Positions 29,616 through 40,975 of a DNA stretch of 64,000 nucleotides are shown piece after piece. The translations under genes and the position numbers were made by a program. The DNA is taken from IMG/VR virus record IMGVR_UViG_3300025009_000051, positions 96,001 through 160,000 of that record, one strand, 5' to 3'. Position 1 is the first letter of the stretch. Each line of letters opens with the position of its first letter. The notes under the pieces are model-generated. The model saw nothing but the letters and a program-made list of their open reading frames with translations, was not told the DNA's origin and made no database searches. The DNA is from a virus.

Positions 29616-30908
29616 TTAAAAATGTGTTGGTATATCATCAATCGTAATTATTTCTGCAGCTTTAAGAAATCCAATATCAGTTTTTACCTTGCCTACCATC
29701 TTGCTATTTTGTTTAGAATACTCAGGAAGTTTATCAAAAATTTCTGTCATTATTTTTACTGTTTCGGCTAAAATTTCGAGAGTTATATCTTTTTGATTTG
29801 CCACTGCATATGAAAGAGAAGCGTTTACTAATTCTCGAATTTGTGCTCCTGTCAAATTATTAACTATACTTATAATTAATTTTTCTTTCTGTAAATCTTC
29901 ATTTGAATATATTCCTTTAGCATACAATTTAAAACAATTATAAGCATACTCGCCTGTCAACGACCCCATGTGTATTATTTTATCAATTCTTCCAGGACGC
30001 TTTAAAATTCTATTTTCTATTACTTCTGGATAATTTGTTGACATTAATATATATGCTCCTTCTACCATTCTTGGTTGGTCCATACCATCTAATACATTTA
30101 ATAAGGTAGATCCTCCTTCATTTAATATATATTCCGCATCTTCAAAAATAAGTAGAGTGGATACTTTATACTTCTTGCACAGTTGTAAATGACCAACAAC
30201 CACTCGCATATTATTTGCATAAATTACACATTTTTCTTTGGCATATTTTTGAGCTAATTTTATTCCTGTAATTGTTTTACCTGTTCCGGGTTCTCCAATA
30301 ATTAATCCTTTTCTAATTCCGGGCATATTAAATCTTGTAAATAATTCAACATTGTTGAAATAAAAATCAATATCCTTTTCTATTATACTAAAATTTTGAT
30401 GAATTACTTCGTTGCTAAACAGTTTATCTTTTTTGGTATATATCAATTGGCCGGTTCCTGTCATTTGAAGATCATATATTCCTACTTTTGGTTTTTGCGA
30501 AAGTCGAAACACTTGTTCAGACATTTTTAAATATTTCATCCAAGTTTCTTTTTCTCCAACCACAAGTGATTCAACTCCTCCTGTTTTCTTTAGTCCTGAC
30601 CACCAGTATGAAAACAATAAAAATGAATCATCAGAAAAAACAACTTTAAAAATTCCAGTCTTATCTGTGGCTGAAATTGCTTTCTTTTTATTTAATTTTA
30701 CATTAATCGAAAAACATGGAATCACTTGAGAAGAAATTGGAATTATGTCTTTAACATATAATTTTTTCCGTTTAGAAAATATTTTAAGATTTTCTAATTC
30801 TGAATACCCCATTCTATAAGAATAATCCGCAATCAGAAAATCTTTAGTTGGTTTAATACTTCTATACAATTCCATTAATTCTTTATTTACACTCTGCAAC
30901 TTTGTCAT
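29616..30908 (-). CDS. AAA+ ATPase
   Basis: GEPGTGKT, IFEDAE, LLNVLDG, STNYPE, RPGRID. Confidence 0.85.
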   Translation of the reverse strand: MTKLQSVNKELMELYRSIKPTKDFLIADYSYRMGYSELENLKIFSKRKKLYVKDIIPISSQVIPCFSINVKLNKKKAISATDKTGIFKVVFSDDSFLLFSYWWSGLKKTGGVESLVVGEKETWMKYLKMSEQVFRLSQKPKVGIYDLQMTGTGQLIYTKKDKLFSNEVIHQNFSIIEKDIDFYFNNVELFTRFNMPGIRKGLIIGEPGTGKTITGIKLAQKYAKEKCVIYANNMRVVVGHLQLCKKYKVSTLLIFEDAEYILNEGGSTLLNVLDGMDQPRMVEGAYILMSTNYPEVIENRILKRPGRIDKIIHMGSLTGEYAYNCFKLYAKGIYSNEDLQKEKLIISIVNNLTGAQIRELVNASLSYAVANQKDITLEILAETVKIMTEIFDKLPEYSKQNSKMVGKVKTDIGFLKAAEIITIDDIPTHF

Positions 30909-32126
30909 AATTTCTTATTATTTCAGTTTTTAATTTTAATTCTCCTAATTCAGTTAAATTATATATAATTTCATCCTTTATTTTATTACAGGTATATTTT
31001 CCTCCAAATGATCCGACAGAGTTAGTAATGGTAAGAAAAAATCTATGATACACAATGTGTTCTGACTTCATAAGAATATACAATCCTAATTCAAAAATAC
31101 CGTTACAAATTAAAGAATTTAAAAGAAGAGTATCTTTAGAATTAGAAGTGTATATTTCTACATATGGAGATCTTTCAGAATAACTTATTTTCTTTATTGA
31201 TAGAATTTGAAAAGGTATTTTATTCTTTTCTATTTTTACAATAAAGACAGATGGAATTTCATTTATTGTCATATGATTCTTCTACCATCTTTTATTTTTG
31301 AGTGGCATGGTACGATATGCTTCCCAAACTCGACTTCTTAAATTCTTATCAGAAGTGTAAAGTTGCAATGCTCTTGATAAAGATATTTTTCTTCCTTTAT
31401 CTTTTACTCGAGTGTCATCTACACTACATTGAGCGGAAGCGGCTACGATTAATTCATTGGCTTCATAAATTCTACAATAAGTGATTCGGTCTTCATATGA
31501 CCACTTAATTTTTAAATTTTCGATTTTTAACATAACAGTATATTTTTAAATTGTGAATTTAATATTCGGAATTTATAAGAAATTCTTCAACATCCTTTAC
31601 ACTAAAACATCTTGCGAATTTACCTGTATTTTCATTTAATACTATCACAAAATCAAGTGCACCGTAATTAAACGCCAATTTAGCTGCTTCAATATCAAAT
31701 ACACATAAAGCATTATATTTTGGCATTACTGGCTGGCAATCTGAATATTTTTCATCTAGAATTCTTAACATGACAGTATATTTTTAAATTGCGAATTGCG
31801 AATTGTGAATTCTTTTACAAATGTAAATAATTTTTTTGATATTAACAAATTGAATTTGCGATTGCACTATCGTTTGCATAGAAATTCTTTGCTAATTGTA
31901 TTTCTTGTAATTTTATTTTATAAGATTCTTTTATTTGATCAATAACTTCATCAAAATGTTTGCTTGCATTTGCATCAAAGGTAGCCTCTGTAGGATGATC
32001 ATAATTTCCTTTAAATTCCACTTCAAACCCATTTTCTCGTAAAAAATTCTTTAATAATAATATCATTCTAGATTTGCCAGAATTATATTGGCCAGATACT
32101 GTAATAATTAAATCTTTCTTTTCCAT
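30883..32126 (-). CDS. Four hypothetical ORFs: 30883-31272, 31282-31533, 31559-31771, 31842-32126
   Basis: Co-oriented ORFs; 31842-32126 has a P-loop-like SGQYNSGKS. Confidence 0.6.
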
Positions 32127-32144
32127 TTCTTAATTTTTTATTAT

Positions 32145-32510
32145 TTATAATATACGATTTCCATGCAGAATAACAAAATATAATTTATCTGGTTCTGCTC
32201 CCCATTCTGGATTTCCCGTTCTTATTTCAATTCCCCTATGTTCATATTTTAAAATTCTTTCTAAATCAGTTGATTTTGGGTAGCCTAACGTCATTGTGTT
32301 ACAATCAAATGTTTTTGGATTTATGCTACCTTTATTCAAAACTTCTTTGAGTTCGTTTAGTTGTAATGGGTATTTGTTCATATCCCAAGAAAAATCTTTT
32401 GTAAGTCGTTTAATCCAGTATGTATTTATCTCTCTATAATCTTCAGTTTTAATTCCTGATTTTGTCAATTCAAACCATTTAGTTTTTAATGCTAATTGTA
32501 GATTTTTCAT
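32145..32510 (-). CDS. ASCH-domain protein
   Basis: LQLALKTKWFELTKSGIKTEDYRE...YWIKRL. Confidence 0.75.
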   Translation of the reverse strand: MKNLQLALKTKWFELTKSGIKTEDYREINTYWIKRLTKDFSWDMNKYPLQLNELKEVLNKGSINPKTFDCNTMTLGYPKSTDLERILKYEHRGIEIRTGNPEWGAEPDKLYFVILHGNRIL

Positions 32511-34876
32511 AATTTATTTATTACTTTCCTGCAAGTTTCTATTTCAGTTAAAACCACATATGCCATATTATCGTTTCCCAATATAACTTCTGATCTGTAA
32601 TGCTGGTTTGCATATGATCTTGTTTCAACAATTATTTTTTCAATATTATTCAATTCAGCAGTTACTTTGTCGATTGCATATTTTTCCATAGCTTTTAATA
32701 CATCAGAATATTGGAAATAAAAATTTTCAACATTATCAAGATCCGCATCCTCACTTATCGTGCAACAAGTAATTCCATCTAAAATTTCTTCTTTAGTCAT
32801 ATAATTTTATTTTTTCTTAATTTTAAAATCTTCCCAATTTAAAGGAGTATTTTTTTCTGCAATAAATTTTAAATGTGATATAACTTCATCTTCAAGAGGA
32901 TATATCAATTTAAATTCTCCTTCTGCAAAAGTACCATACAATAATTCATACTCCGGATTTAATTCAAGAAATTCATCTAAACTTTTAGAATATAACAATC
33001 CAGTAGATTTAAGAGTTAAGATAGAATATCTAATTGCCATAAACCAATCTCGAACAACATCATTAGAAGAAAATGATTTGTCAGTATGGCAATTATCTGT
33101 TAAAACATCTACTCCTGTATAAATCTTTTCTTCAAAATTTACTCTTATTATAATCATAACCGTTATTAATTTTCACACAAATATTCCAGAAGTTAAATCA
33201 ACCTGCATTTTAAATAGTGGAGCTCTACCAGATAACTTACAAATAATATCTATTGCTTTTTTTAATTCAGTAGAAATACTTTTTTTATTATTCATCATAT
33301 CTTGAAATGTTTTAAATCCAAACTCTCTCGCCAAATCACTATAAAATACATTTAATTTAATGGTATTGTCGTATTCTTTCATCGTTGTATTTTTTATATG
33401 TTTTATGTTTATAAATATAAAAAATATTTTTTTAAAATAATGAATTATAAACAATTTTATTGATATTTCAAAATTATCTTATAGATAATGACCATCTCTT
33501 TGCAGTTGGAAATTTCTTTTTGTACATTGCTTTTACTCTAAGTCTAACGAGTTCTTGAATTTGTCTATCATTCATCCATTTGTATTTTTCTTCGGCTCTG
33601 GTATTACAAATAATGTCTACTTCTTCATCTAATAGAAATTCATGTCCGTGTTTAAAATAATAAAACCATTCTTTTAATCGTTTAGTTTTAATGGCAAATA
33701 ATAAATTATTCCGATCTCTTTGCTTTCTCATAATACTATTTATTAATTTTTGTTTTCCATTTTTTAAATTCTTTCACTGACATATTTTTAACAGCACGAA
33801 GAGTTGAAACAAGATACTCAGATTTTTTATTTAATTCATCTAAATTCGCTCTAACTTTTTCTGATGTGCGTTTATATAGCAAAAATTCATCTTCTATTTT
33901 GTGTAGCATTTCATCTCTGGTAATATACTTGATATTTGTTCCAATAATATTCTTTTCAATGCAAATAGAATTATTTTTTTCGATTTCTTCTTTGAATTTT
34001 CTTAATTCGTCATATTCTGTAAGACTGATTGTGACTTGTGGTTCCATATTGTTTTTTTATTTTTTAATTAATTTATTTTTTTCCCATTTAAATTCTCCAA
34101 GTATCGTACCATTTTCAATAGTATTTTCTTGAACAATATCTAGAAATTGATCTAAATATATTTCGACGGTAAATCCTTCAGGATGGATTAATATCGCCCA
34201 ATTTTGACTCATTCCAAATCTCCAAGAAAATAATTTCCAACCACTTCTATAAATTTCTTTAAATATATAAATTTTAAGATGATCTACCTCTCTCCAAGAA
34301 ACAAAATTCTTTGGAAGTTCTCCTTTCAAGGTTAATTTTGTTAGAAACCCAGTTGGGGGATATTTTTTAGTTATTTTACCATCGATTTTTAGAAGATATT
34401 CATCTTCTTGTAACATATAACCTTCTTTATATTTTTCCATTTTCTATTTCCTTTATTATTTGTTCCTTTGTAAATTTATAATTATATGGTACATTTCCAT
34501 GACTTGAATAAGAAGTACCAATTAACCATTCTTTAAAACTACTTCCTTTTATATTGCCATTTTTTGCCATAAATACAATTTCTTCTAATTCTAATTTATC
34601 ACCGTAATTTTGAAAATAATCAATAAAAATTCCAGTATAAATTCTTCCATCATTGTAAGTATCTTTATCACGATGCACAATTTCAAAATATTCTGCAATC
34701 TTTGGCAAATATTCAATGTCAACTTTGGTCAAAAATTCACCGTACATATTATTATATCGATCTATTTCAAAAAGTCTAAATCGGTATTTTTTGTCAAATG
34801 TAAATATATTTTTATTTATATCCAAAGATTCAAATTTAAATAACTTCACAATTGCGTCTCTGGTTTGTTGATCCAT
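32507..34876 (-). CDS. Seven hypothetical ORFs: 32507-32800, 32807-33157, 33173-33382, 33474-33731, 33736-34047, 34057-34440, 34427-34876
   Basis: Co-oriented, tightly packed ORFs. Confidence 0.6.
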
Positions 34877-34996
34877 TTGTTTTTTTTACTTCTTCAATTT
34901 TCTTATCTAATTCTTTTTCTTTTTTAATAAAAGATTTTTCAAGTTCTAATAGTTTTGTTTCCATGATATGTTTTTTTATTTATTATTTAAATTTTA

Positions 34997-35127
34997 AAAA
35001 ATTGAAGATTCACACATATTGCCTGATATTGCTCTTGGGTACTCTCACGCCCTCAGGAGTATCAATTACGATTTCGGACATCTATTATGAATATATGTGT
35101 AACCGCTATTTTTCATCTTCAATTTTT
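34997..35127. ncRNA. Candidate structured RNA (long nested hairpin) or MITE-like element
   Basis: 13-bp terminal inverted repeat, inner ACACATAT/ATATGTGT stem and a GC-richer apical hairpin in an intergenic gap. Confidence 0.5.
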
Positions 35128-35282
35128 ATTTAGTTTTGTTATTAAAATAAAATCCCCAAAATAACCATCTATAAATCTTTTTATCATTGCTACCTAATTT
35201 ATAAGAAATAGAATTCAAACAAGTTGGTTTCCAATATTTATACCATGCTCTTGGGGCGTGCTTATATATCCAAATTTTCATA

Positions 35283-35927
35283 TTATTTAGTTTTTAAGGT
35301 AAAATATTTTATCGTATTATTTTCATAGATGTAAGTTTGTAATCCGAATAACCAAGCAAATTCAAGATATTCTTTTTCATTGTCTGCATAAAACACATAA
35401 TCATATTTTTTATTTAATTCAATTAATTGTCTTATCTTCTTTATCTTACCTTTATTCGCATAAATTTTATTTGGCAAAGAATATTCTCTTTTGGTAAACC
35501 AATCTTCAGTTATGGTTGGATTAGCTGAACATATTATTGTCTTATTTCTTAAAAGACATAATTCATATAATGGTTTAAATGATTTTTCTGTAACAACCCC
35601 ATCAAAATCTAAAGCAATCACGACGTTTAATCCTCTATATAATTTTAAATTAGGAAAAAATCTATCTCTACATTTTACAATTGCATCTGGTTTATTAATA
35701 TATTCTCTCGAAAAATGATGAACTAATCTTAATCTATTAGTCATATATTCCATATAATCAAATAAAGACATTTCTAATAAATTAAGATATTTTTCAATAT
35801 CAATTTTTCTTCGAATAAATATTTCAGTGAATATATGTTTTATGTGAATTACTTCTCTTCTAACTAAAAGAGTTTTACATAAACCATATTCAGAAATTGA
35901 TTGGGGTATGTTTGTTAGATATTCCAC
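35283..35927 (-). CDS. HAD-like hydrolase domain protein (GTG start)
   Basis: VIALDFDGVV motif I; FYADNE. Confidence 0.55.
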   Translation of the reverse strand: MEYLTNIPQSISEYGLCKTLLVRREVIHIKHIFTEIFIRRKIDIEKYLNLLEMSLFDYMEYMTNRLRLVHHFSREYINKPDAIVKCRDRFFPNLKLYRGLNVVIALDFDGVVTEKSFKPLYELCLLRNKTIICSANPTITEDWFTKREYSLPNKIYANKGKIKKIRQLIELNKKYDYVFYADNEKEYLEFAWLFGLQTYIYENNTIKYFTLKTK

Positions 35928-35930
35928 AAT

Positions 35931-36619
35931 CTAACCTTTTATTTTAGGTATGTTTTTATTGAACTCTTTACAGATATTAGCCATTGCTTCAAATATATCT
36001 GATAAAGGTTGATTAGTTGAACTAATTGGAGAATCATCTTTATATTCATTTTCTTTATCTCTTCCAGGTACTTCTTCAATAAATTCATAAGTAAAATCAT
36101 TGTGCTTGCACCAATCTATAATTTGATCTTTTGTAGCATTACTAAAAAAGCAATCTTCAAATTGTTCTTGATTTCCTTCAAACACATCTCCGTTGTCAAT
36201 TAATATTTTCATGTTCTTTTGTTTTTATTACTACAAATTTACAAATAAAATTTGATATAAAAAAATATTATTTAAAATAAATTTTAAGTTTGATAATCAG
36301 GATCTTTTGGTGGAGCAAAGTCCATCATAATTGCGGTTAGAGTTTTAAATAAATGTTTTGTGCTCCACATCGCTAATATGTGTTTTTCACTCCAAATCAT
36401 ATATTCTGCGTCTACTTTATAATATCCGCCGTCGTCTGTTACAATAATCCAATTTTTGGTTGTTTGTGGATCATTACCTTTATAATACGCAAAACAATGT
36501 TTCCAATTTCGATTGTTATGTGGTAATAACTTTGATTTAATAAACTCTTGAGCAGAATCTGGTAATGTGTCTCCTTCAAATTCTTTCCAACCATTACAAT
36601 TAAAATTTATCTTTTTCAT
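35931..36619 (-). CDS. Two hypothetical ORFs: 35931-36212, 36284-36619, each behind a TAnnTTTG promoter
   Basis: ORF track plus promoter motifs. Confidence 0.6.
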
Positions 36620-36705
36620 GTTATTTGTTTTTTATACTACAAATATAAACTAAAAAAATGATTTAAAAAAATAATTTTATATTTATTTTAAAAATATTTT
36701 ACGTC

Positions 36706-37152
36706 ATGCCAATAAAACCGAGATCCGCGAAGAACAAGGGCTACTCCTTCCAAAAACAGATTGCCTCCGAATTATTAGAATTATTCCCAGAATTAAAACC
36801 TGAGGAGATTGTATCTGCGCCAAGTAGTATTGCGGGTGAAGATATAATGCTTTCTGAGAATGCTCGGAAAAAATTATCAAATACTAATTTTGAATTGAAG
36901 AGACAAGAAACCGCCAGCATATGGGCGTGGTTAGAACAGGCCGAAGCGGAGAGTAGAAAATTAAAAACAAATCCAATTCTAATATTCAAACGAAATCATT
37001 CTAAGGCGTATGCTACTATAGAATTTGATTTCTTAAAAGAACTTTTATATAACAATATGAGATATCAGGAGATATTAGAACTGCAAACAGTAGATTTAAC
37101 CAAGCTAAAGAAAATATTCACTGAAAAGTTTCTTGAAGAAAATTTATTATGA
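36706..37152 (+). CDS. PD-(D/E)XK nuclease, Holliday-junction-resolvase-like
   Basis: SAKNKGYSFQ, GEDI, FELKRQE, EQAE...PILIFKRN. Confidence 0.7.
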   Translation: MPIKPRSAKNKGYSFQKQIASELLELFPELKPEEIVSAPSSIAGEDIMLSENARKKLSNTNFELKRQETASIWAWLEQAEAESRKLKTNPILIFKRNHSKAYATIEFDFLKELLYNNMRYQEILELQTVDLTKLKKIFTEKFLEENLL

Positions 37153-37160
37153 AATATTTT

Positions 37161-37615
37161 TTAATGTTCATCATTGAAAGAAGCAAAAAAAGTTGATATT
37201 AATAATCCAATTGCTAACACTCTGCCCCACCAAGTTGTAAATAATAACCAGTGCAAAGGATTATAATCAAATGCAATAAATGCACCTAATAAATACCATA
37301 AAGCTAAAGTAGCAACAAAAATAAAAAGTTTAGTTGGTATTGAATTTCTCATATTATTTTTTTTAATTTTGTTCCGCAATAGCCACATTCTATATATCCA
37401 TCTTTTTCAATATTTTCTCTTGCTCCACAAACATCACATTTTATAATGTCTACAATTTCTTTTTTTACTAAAGAACCCGATAAATAATTCTCATCTTTTT
37501 TTGATAAAGAACCTGATAAATAATTTTCAGTTGGTTCTGAATAACACATATTTCCCATATTTTTATTTTGTAAATAATTATTATTTTGTCTTATTGTAGG
37601 AATTGTTCTTCCCAT
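37161..37615 (-). CDS. Two small ORFs: 37161-37388 (membrane) and 37349-37615 (Zn ribbon)
   Basis: Hydrophobic segments; CDVCG/CGYCG. Confidence 0.55.
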
Positions 37616-37620
37616 TGTTT

Positions 37621-39114
37621 TTATTTTAAATTATCTAATAATTTTGTTCTAATTTCTGATAATGTAAAGTCTTGAATTAATTCACCATTTTCAAAAACAG
37701 TTTCTAATAATCCTTGATTTTCTTCTTCATGAGTACATTGATCTTTTAATTTTAATTTTCCTTCTTCTTCATATACTTGTAATAAACCTTTAGCAGATTT
37801 TTTAAATCCAGAATCAGTTTTAGGATTTTTATAAATATCTCTTTCTTCTCCATTTACCATTCCCCAAGTTGCTTTCATTGCAAATCCAAAAGTATCTCGA
37901 GTAACATATTCATATGTAAATGAACCAATACCTAATACAAGATTACTTGCTGAAAAACCTTTTTGTTCTAATAAAGTTAAAATTTCATCTTGTCTTCTTA
38001 AAGTAATAGAATCTCCATATATCAATCCGATTTTTGGATTTAATTCTTTATAACCTTTTTCATTAACAGTTCCTCCAAATACATCCCATAAAATTTCATA
38101 GGCTCCTTTTCTTTGACTTTCGGTAATCATTGAATAAGGTGATTCATTATCTCCACAAATAATTTTTACTGGATCTCCACTATCTGGACGAATAACTAAT
38201 CTACCATCTCTATTTAAAATTTCTTCTTTTAAGGTAGGTAAATATTCATTTAATACTTTCCAGAAATCAAAAGTATCTGATACGATACTCACAATTCCAT
38301 TTGGATATAATTCAGTAATTAATCTTTTAAATGTGCTAATTTCATCAATATCATCATTAATATATTTTGCCGATAAACTCATTACGCTATGCTCCGTTGC
38401 AGGAACCGATCCACCAACTAATTTTTTTGTAGCGTCTGCATTATAAAACATTTCTAAAAAATCTATGGCAGGTATTGAATCTGTACCAGTAAAAGAAATA
38501 AGATGTCCAGCAGCACTTTGTAATGCATCTTCTATTCCACTCATTCCTCTAAAACTAAAATCGTGTCCTTGCCATTGAATAAATGCCCTATCATATCCAG
38601 TTTTTGCTGCATGTTCTTCAAATCTTTTTCTATAAAGAAATGCTGTTGTTGCTGAAGTTATTGGTTTCCATAAAATATTACTCATTAAAGTTTCCAAATA
38701 ATTTGTTAACCAAAAGAATTTTGGAATTGTATTTATAATGGTTAGTACAGGAATTCCAATTGGAACCAATGTTCCTTCTTTAATAGCTTTTATTTTTATG
38801 GGTAAATATCCAAGATCATATAAATCAGAAATGTGTTCCACTGATATTGCATCTTTACCTAAATAATTATCCATTCTTTCTTTATACTTTCTAAGTAATT
38901 CTTCTTTTGGTCGATTGAAGAAATCTTCATTCCATTTGTTAATTAAATATTCTTTAATGAAATATTGTAAGCCAAAAAATACAATTTCATTTACACCTTC
39001 TATTCTACTCATTCTTGGAGTAAAATTTGAATATACATATTCTGTTCCTTCAGGGTACTGGCGCCTGTGATCTGCTTTATACCCATCAATTAAATGCATT
39101 GGATTAATTTTCAT
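37621..39114 (-). CDS. Nicotinamide phosphoribosyltransferase homologue (NAMPT; Namat-like)
   Basis: DGYKADH, HDFSFRG, SVPATEHSVM, SIVSDTFD, VIRPDSGDP, YGDSIT, KKSAKG. Confidence 0.95.
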   Translation of the reverse strand: MKINPMHLIDGYKADHRRQYPEGTEYVYSNFTPRMSRIEGVNEIVFFGLQYFIKEYLINKWNEDFFNRPKEELLRKYKERMDNYLGKDAISVEHISDLYDLGYLPIKIKAIKEGTLVPIGIPVLTIINTIPKFFWLTNYLETLMSNILWKPITSATTAFLYRKRFEEHAAKTGYDRAFIQWQGHDFSFRGMSGIEDALQSAAGHLISFTGTDSIPAIDFLEMFYNADATKKLVGGSVPATEHSVMSLSAKYINDDIDEISTFKRLITELYPNGIVSIVSDTFDFWKVLNEYLPTLKEEILNRDGRLVIRPDSGDPVKIICGDNESPYSMITESQRKGAYEILWDVFGGTVNEKGYKELNPKIGLIYGDSITLRRQDEILTLLEQKGFSASNLVLGIGSFTYEYVTRDTFGFAMKATWGMVNGEERDIYKNPKTDSGFKKSAKGLLQVYEEEGKLKLKDQCTHEEENQGLLETVFENGELIQDFTLSEIRTKLLDNLK

Positions 39115-39139
39115 AACTTGTTTTTTTTAATTTATTCTA

Positions 39140-40012
39140 TTAAATTTGTATGTCAAATTGAGTTATATTTTTATCTTTTATTGTCGAAAAAGAATTAGTA
39201 CAATAAATTCCTTTAAAATATTTTTTTAATTCTTTGGTTCCTTTAGAAAAAATTCCATGAGTAACAAACAAATATAAATTACCAGCATTTTTCTTTTTTA
39301 ATTCTTCTGCTATTCCTATAAATGTTCCTCCCCCATCACAAATATCATCTACAATTAAACAAGGTGAGTTTTTTAAATTTTGAGTCAATACCATAAAATT
39401 TGATAGTTTACCTGTATTCACATCTCTTGTTTTAGTACATTGAATGACACCTTTAAAATAATGTATAGAACTCAAAATTTTATCAATTTTTTTACTTGAA
39501 CCTACATCCGGTGCAACCAATAAAAGTTCTTGTTCTTCATCTAATCTCTTTTTTTCTATATCATTAATTTTTTGAAATGTTTTTAAGATATAAGAATGAT
39601 TAGATAAATTAATACAGTTATTTAATAATGCTGGAGTTACATCTGAATGAGCGTCTAGAATATAAACAGCATTAAAATTTTGTGAATTAATTAAATTAGT
39701 AAATACTTTCAATGTAAATGATTCACCGTCTACACAATATCTATCTTGCCTCGCATATGGAAGGTAAGGAATAACTAAATCAAAATTCTTTACTCCTTTT
39801 AATTCTAACGCATTTTTTGCAATTAAAATTTTCATTATATCATTTCCATTTCTTATCCTATGTGTGATAACTACAGAATCAATAATAGAATAATCTATGT
39901 TGGTATTTAATTTAATGTGCAATTCTCCACCATTGAATTCAATAAAATTAAATTCTATTTCGGGAGCCGGTAGAGAAATAAACATTCCATCTAAATTTAA
40001 ACTTCGTAACAT
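39140..40012 (-). CDS. Ribose-phosphate pyrophosphokinase homologue (Prs; Adps-like)
   Basis: PYLPYARQDR, DAHS, VAPDVG and IVDDICDGGGTF motifs. Confidence 0.9.
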   Translation of the reverse strand: MLRSLNLDGMFISLPAPEIEFNFIEFNGGELHIKLNTNIDYSIIDSVVITHRIRNGNDIMKILIAKNALELKGVKNFDLVIPYLPYARQDRYCVDGESFTLKVFTNLINSQNFNAVYILDAHSDVTPALLNNCINLSNHSYILKTFQKINDIEKKRLDEEQELLLVAPDVGSSKKIDKILSSIHYFKGVIQCTKTRDVNTGKLSNFMVLTQNLKNSPCLIVDDICDGGGTFIGIAEELKKKNAGNLYLFVTHGIFSKGTKELKKYFKGIYCTNSFSTIKDKNITQFDIQI

Positions 40013-40261
40013 ATTTATATTTTAAATTTGATTATTCATCTTGTTAAAATTATTAGCCCACCAAAAATAATAAAATATCCTATTAATCCGGCTATACCGG
40101 TTATCATTTCATTTTCTACATTTGTAGAAAATAATACGGAAATAATAATTAATGGTATCCCAATTAAAAACATAATTAAAATGATAATATCATCGTTCGT
40201 ATTTTTTTTCATAAAATTTCTTTTAATTCTTTGATGTCATCTATTAAAAATTTAAAATGAT

Positions 40262-40971
40262 TTATCCATTTTTCCAAATAAAAAAAGTTGTTTGATAGTC
40301 CACATATATTAATCTTTCTCCTACATCTAAAATTGTTTTTGAATCAAAATAAGGTGCAACAACAATTCCAACGATATTTTCAGAATTTTCATACTGTGAA
40401 TTTAATTTTACCATTACAACCTCATTTAATTCTACTGAATGTTCTTTTTCTACCCACATAAGTCTAAAATGGATTAATATTTCCTGCTTTCATAAGTTTT
40501 ACATCAATTTCTCTATACCATAATTCACACGAAATTACAGTTATCGGTTTTGATATCCGGTCTCCTAAAATATTCATCGTTTCTGTTTTTTCTTTCCAGG
40601 TGATCCCCACCACCTCTAACTCAATTGGTAATTTCTTTTCTCTAAAATAAGAAACAAAAGATTCTTTTACTTGGACCATGTCTCCTTTTCTTGGAGGTTC
40701 AACAAAATATTCTGGAAATTTAGATCCTTGATATTGATCTAAATTAGTTCTAAAAATTACTTTAACATCGTTCATAATTATTTATTTTTTATTCATGTAC
40801 AATTTCAAAATTTGAAGTAATATCTTCGACTTCAACTACATTGTCAAAAACATAAAAGAATTTAACACTACCAAGATCTACACAAATGTATCCATAAATA
40901 CCGTTTCTTTTTGTATAGAATGCACCGTTGTATTCTATAGTTTTTCCGTTCAGCTTATCAATTAATTTCAT
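40262..40971 (-). CDS. Three small hypothetical ORFs: 40262-40459, 40464-40775, 40789-40971
   Basis: Co-oriented ORFs. Confidence 0.55.
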
Positions 40972-40975
40972 AGCT

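Noticed and set aside
35040-35080. Hammerhead ribozyme reading on the - strand (GAAA...UA...CUGA)
   Set aside because: Core is CUGAGGG rather than CUGANGA and the stems cannot be arranged correctly
37478-37535. Duplicated ENYLSGSL peptide
   Set aside because: Simple short in-frame tandem duplication with no further signal
40028-40234. + strand hydrophobic ORF in the track
   Set aside because: Shadow of a small - strand membrane ORF (MKKNTNDDIIILIMF...) that fits the local gene orientation
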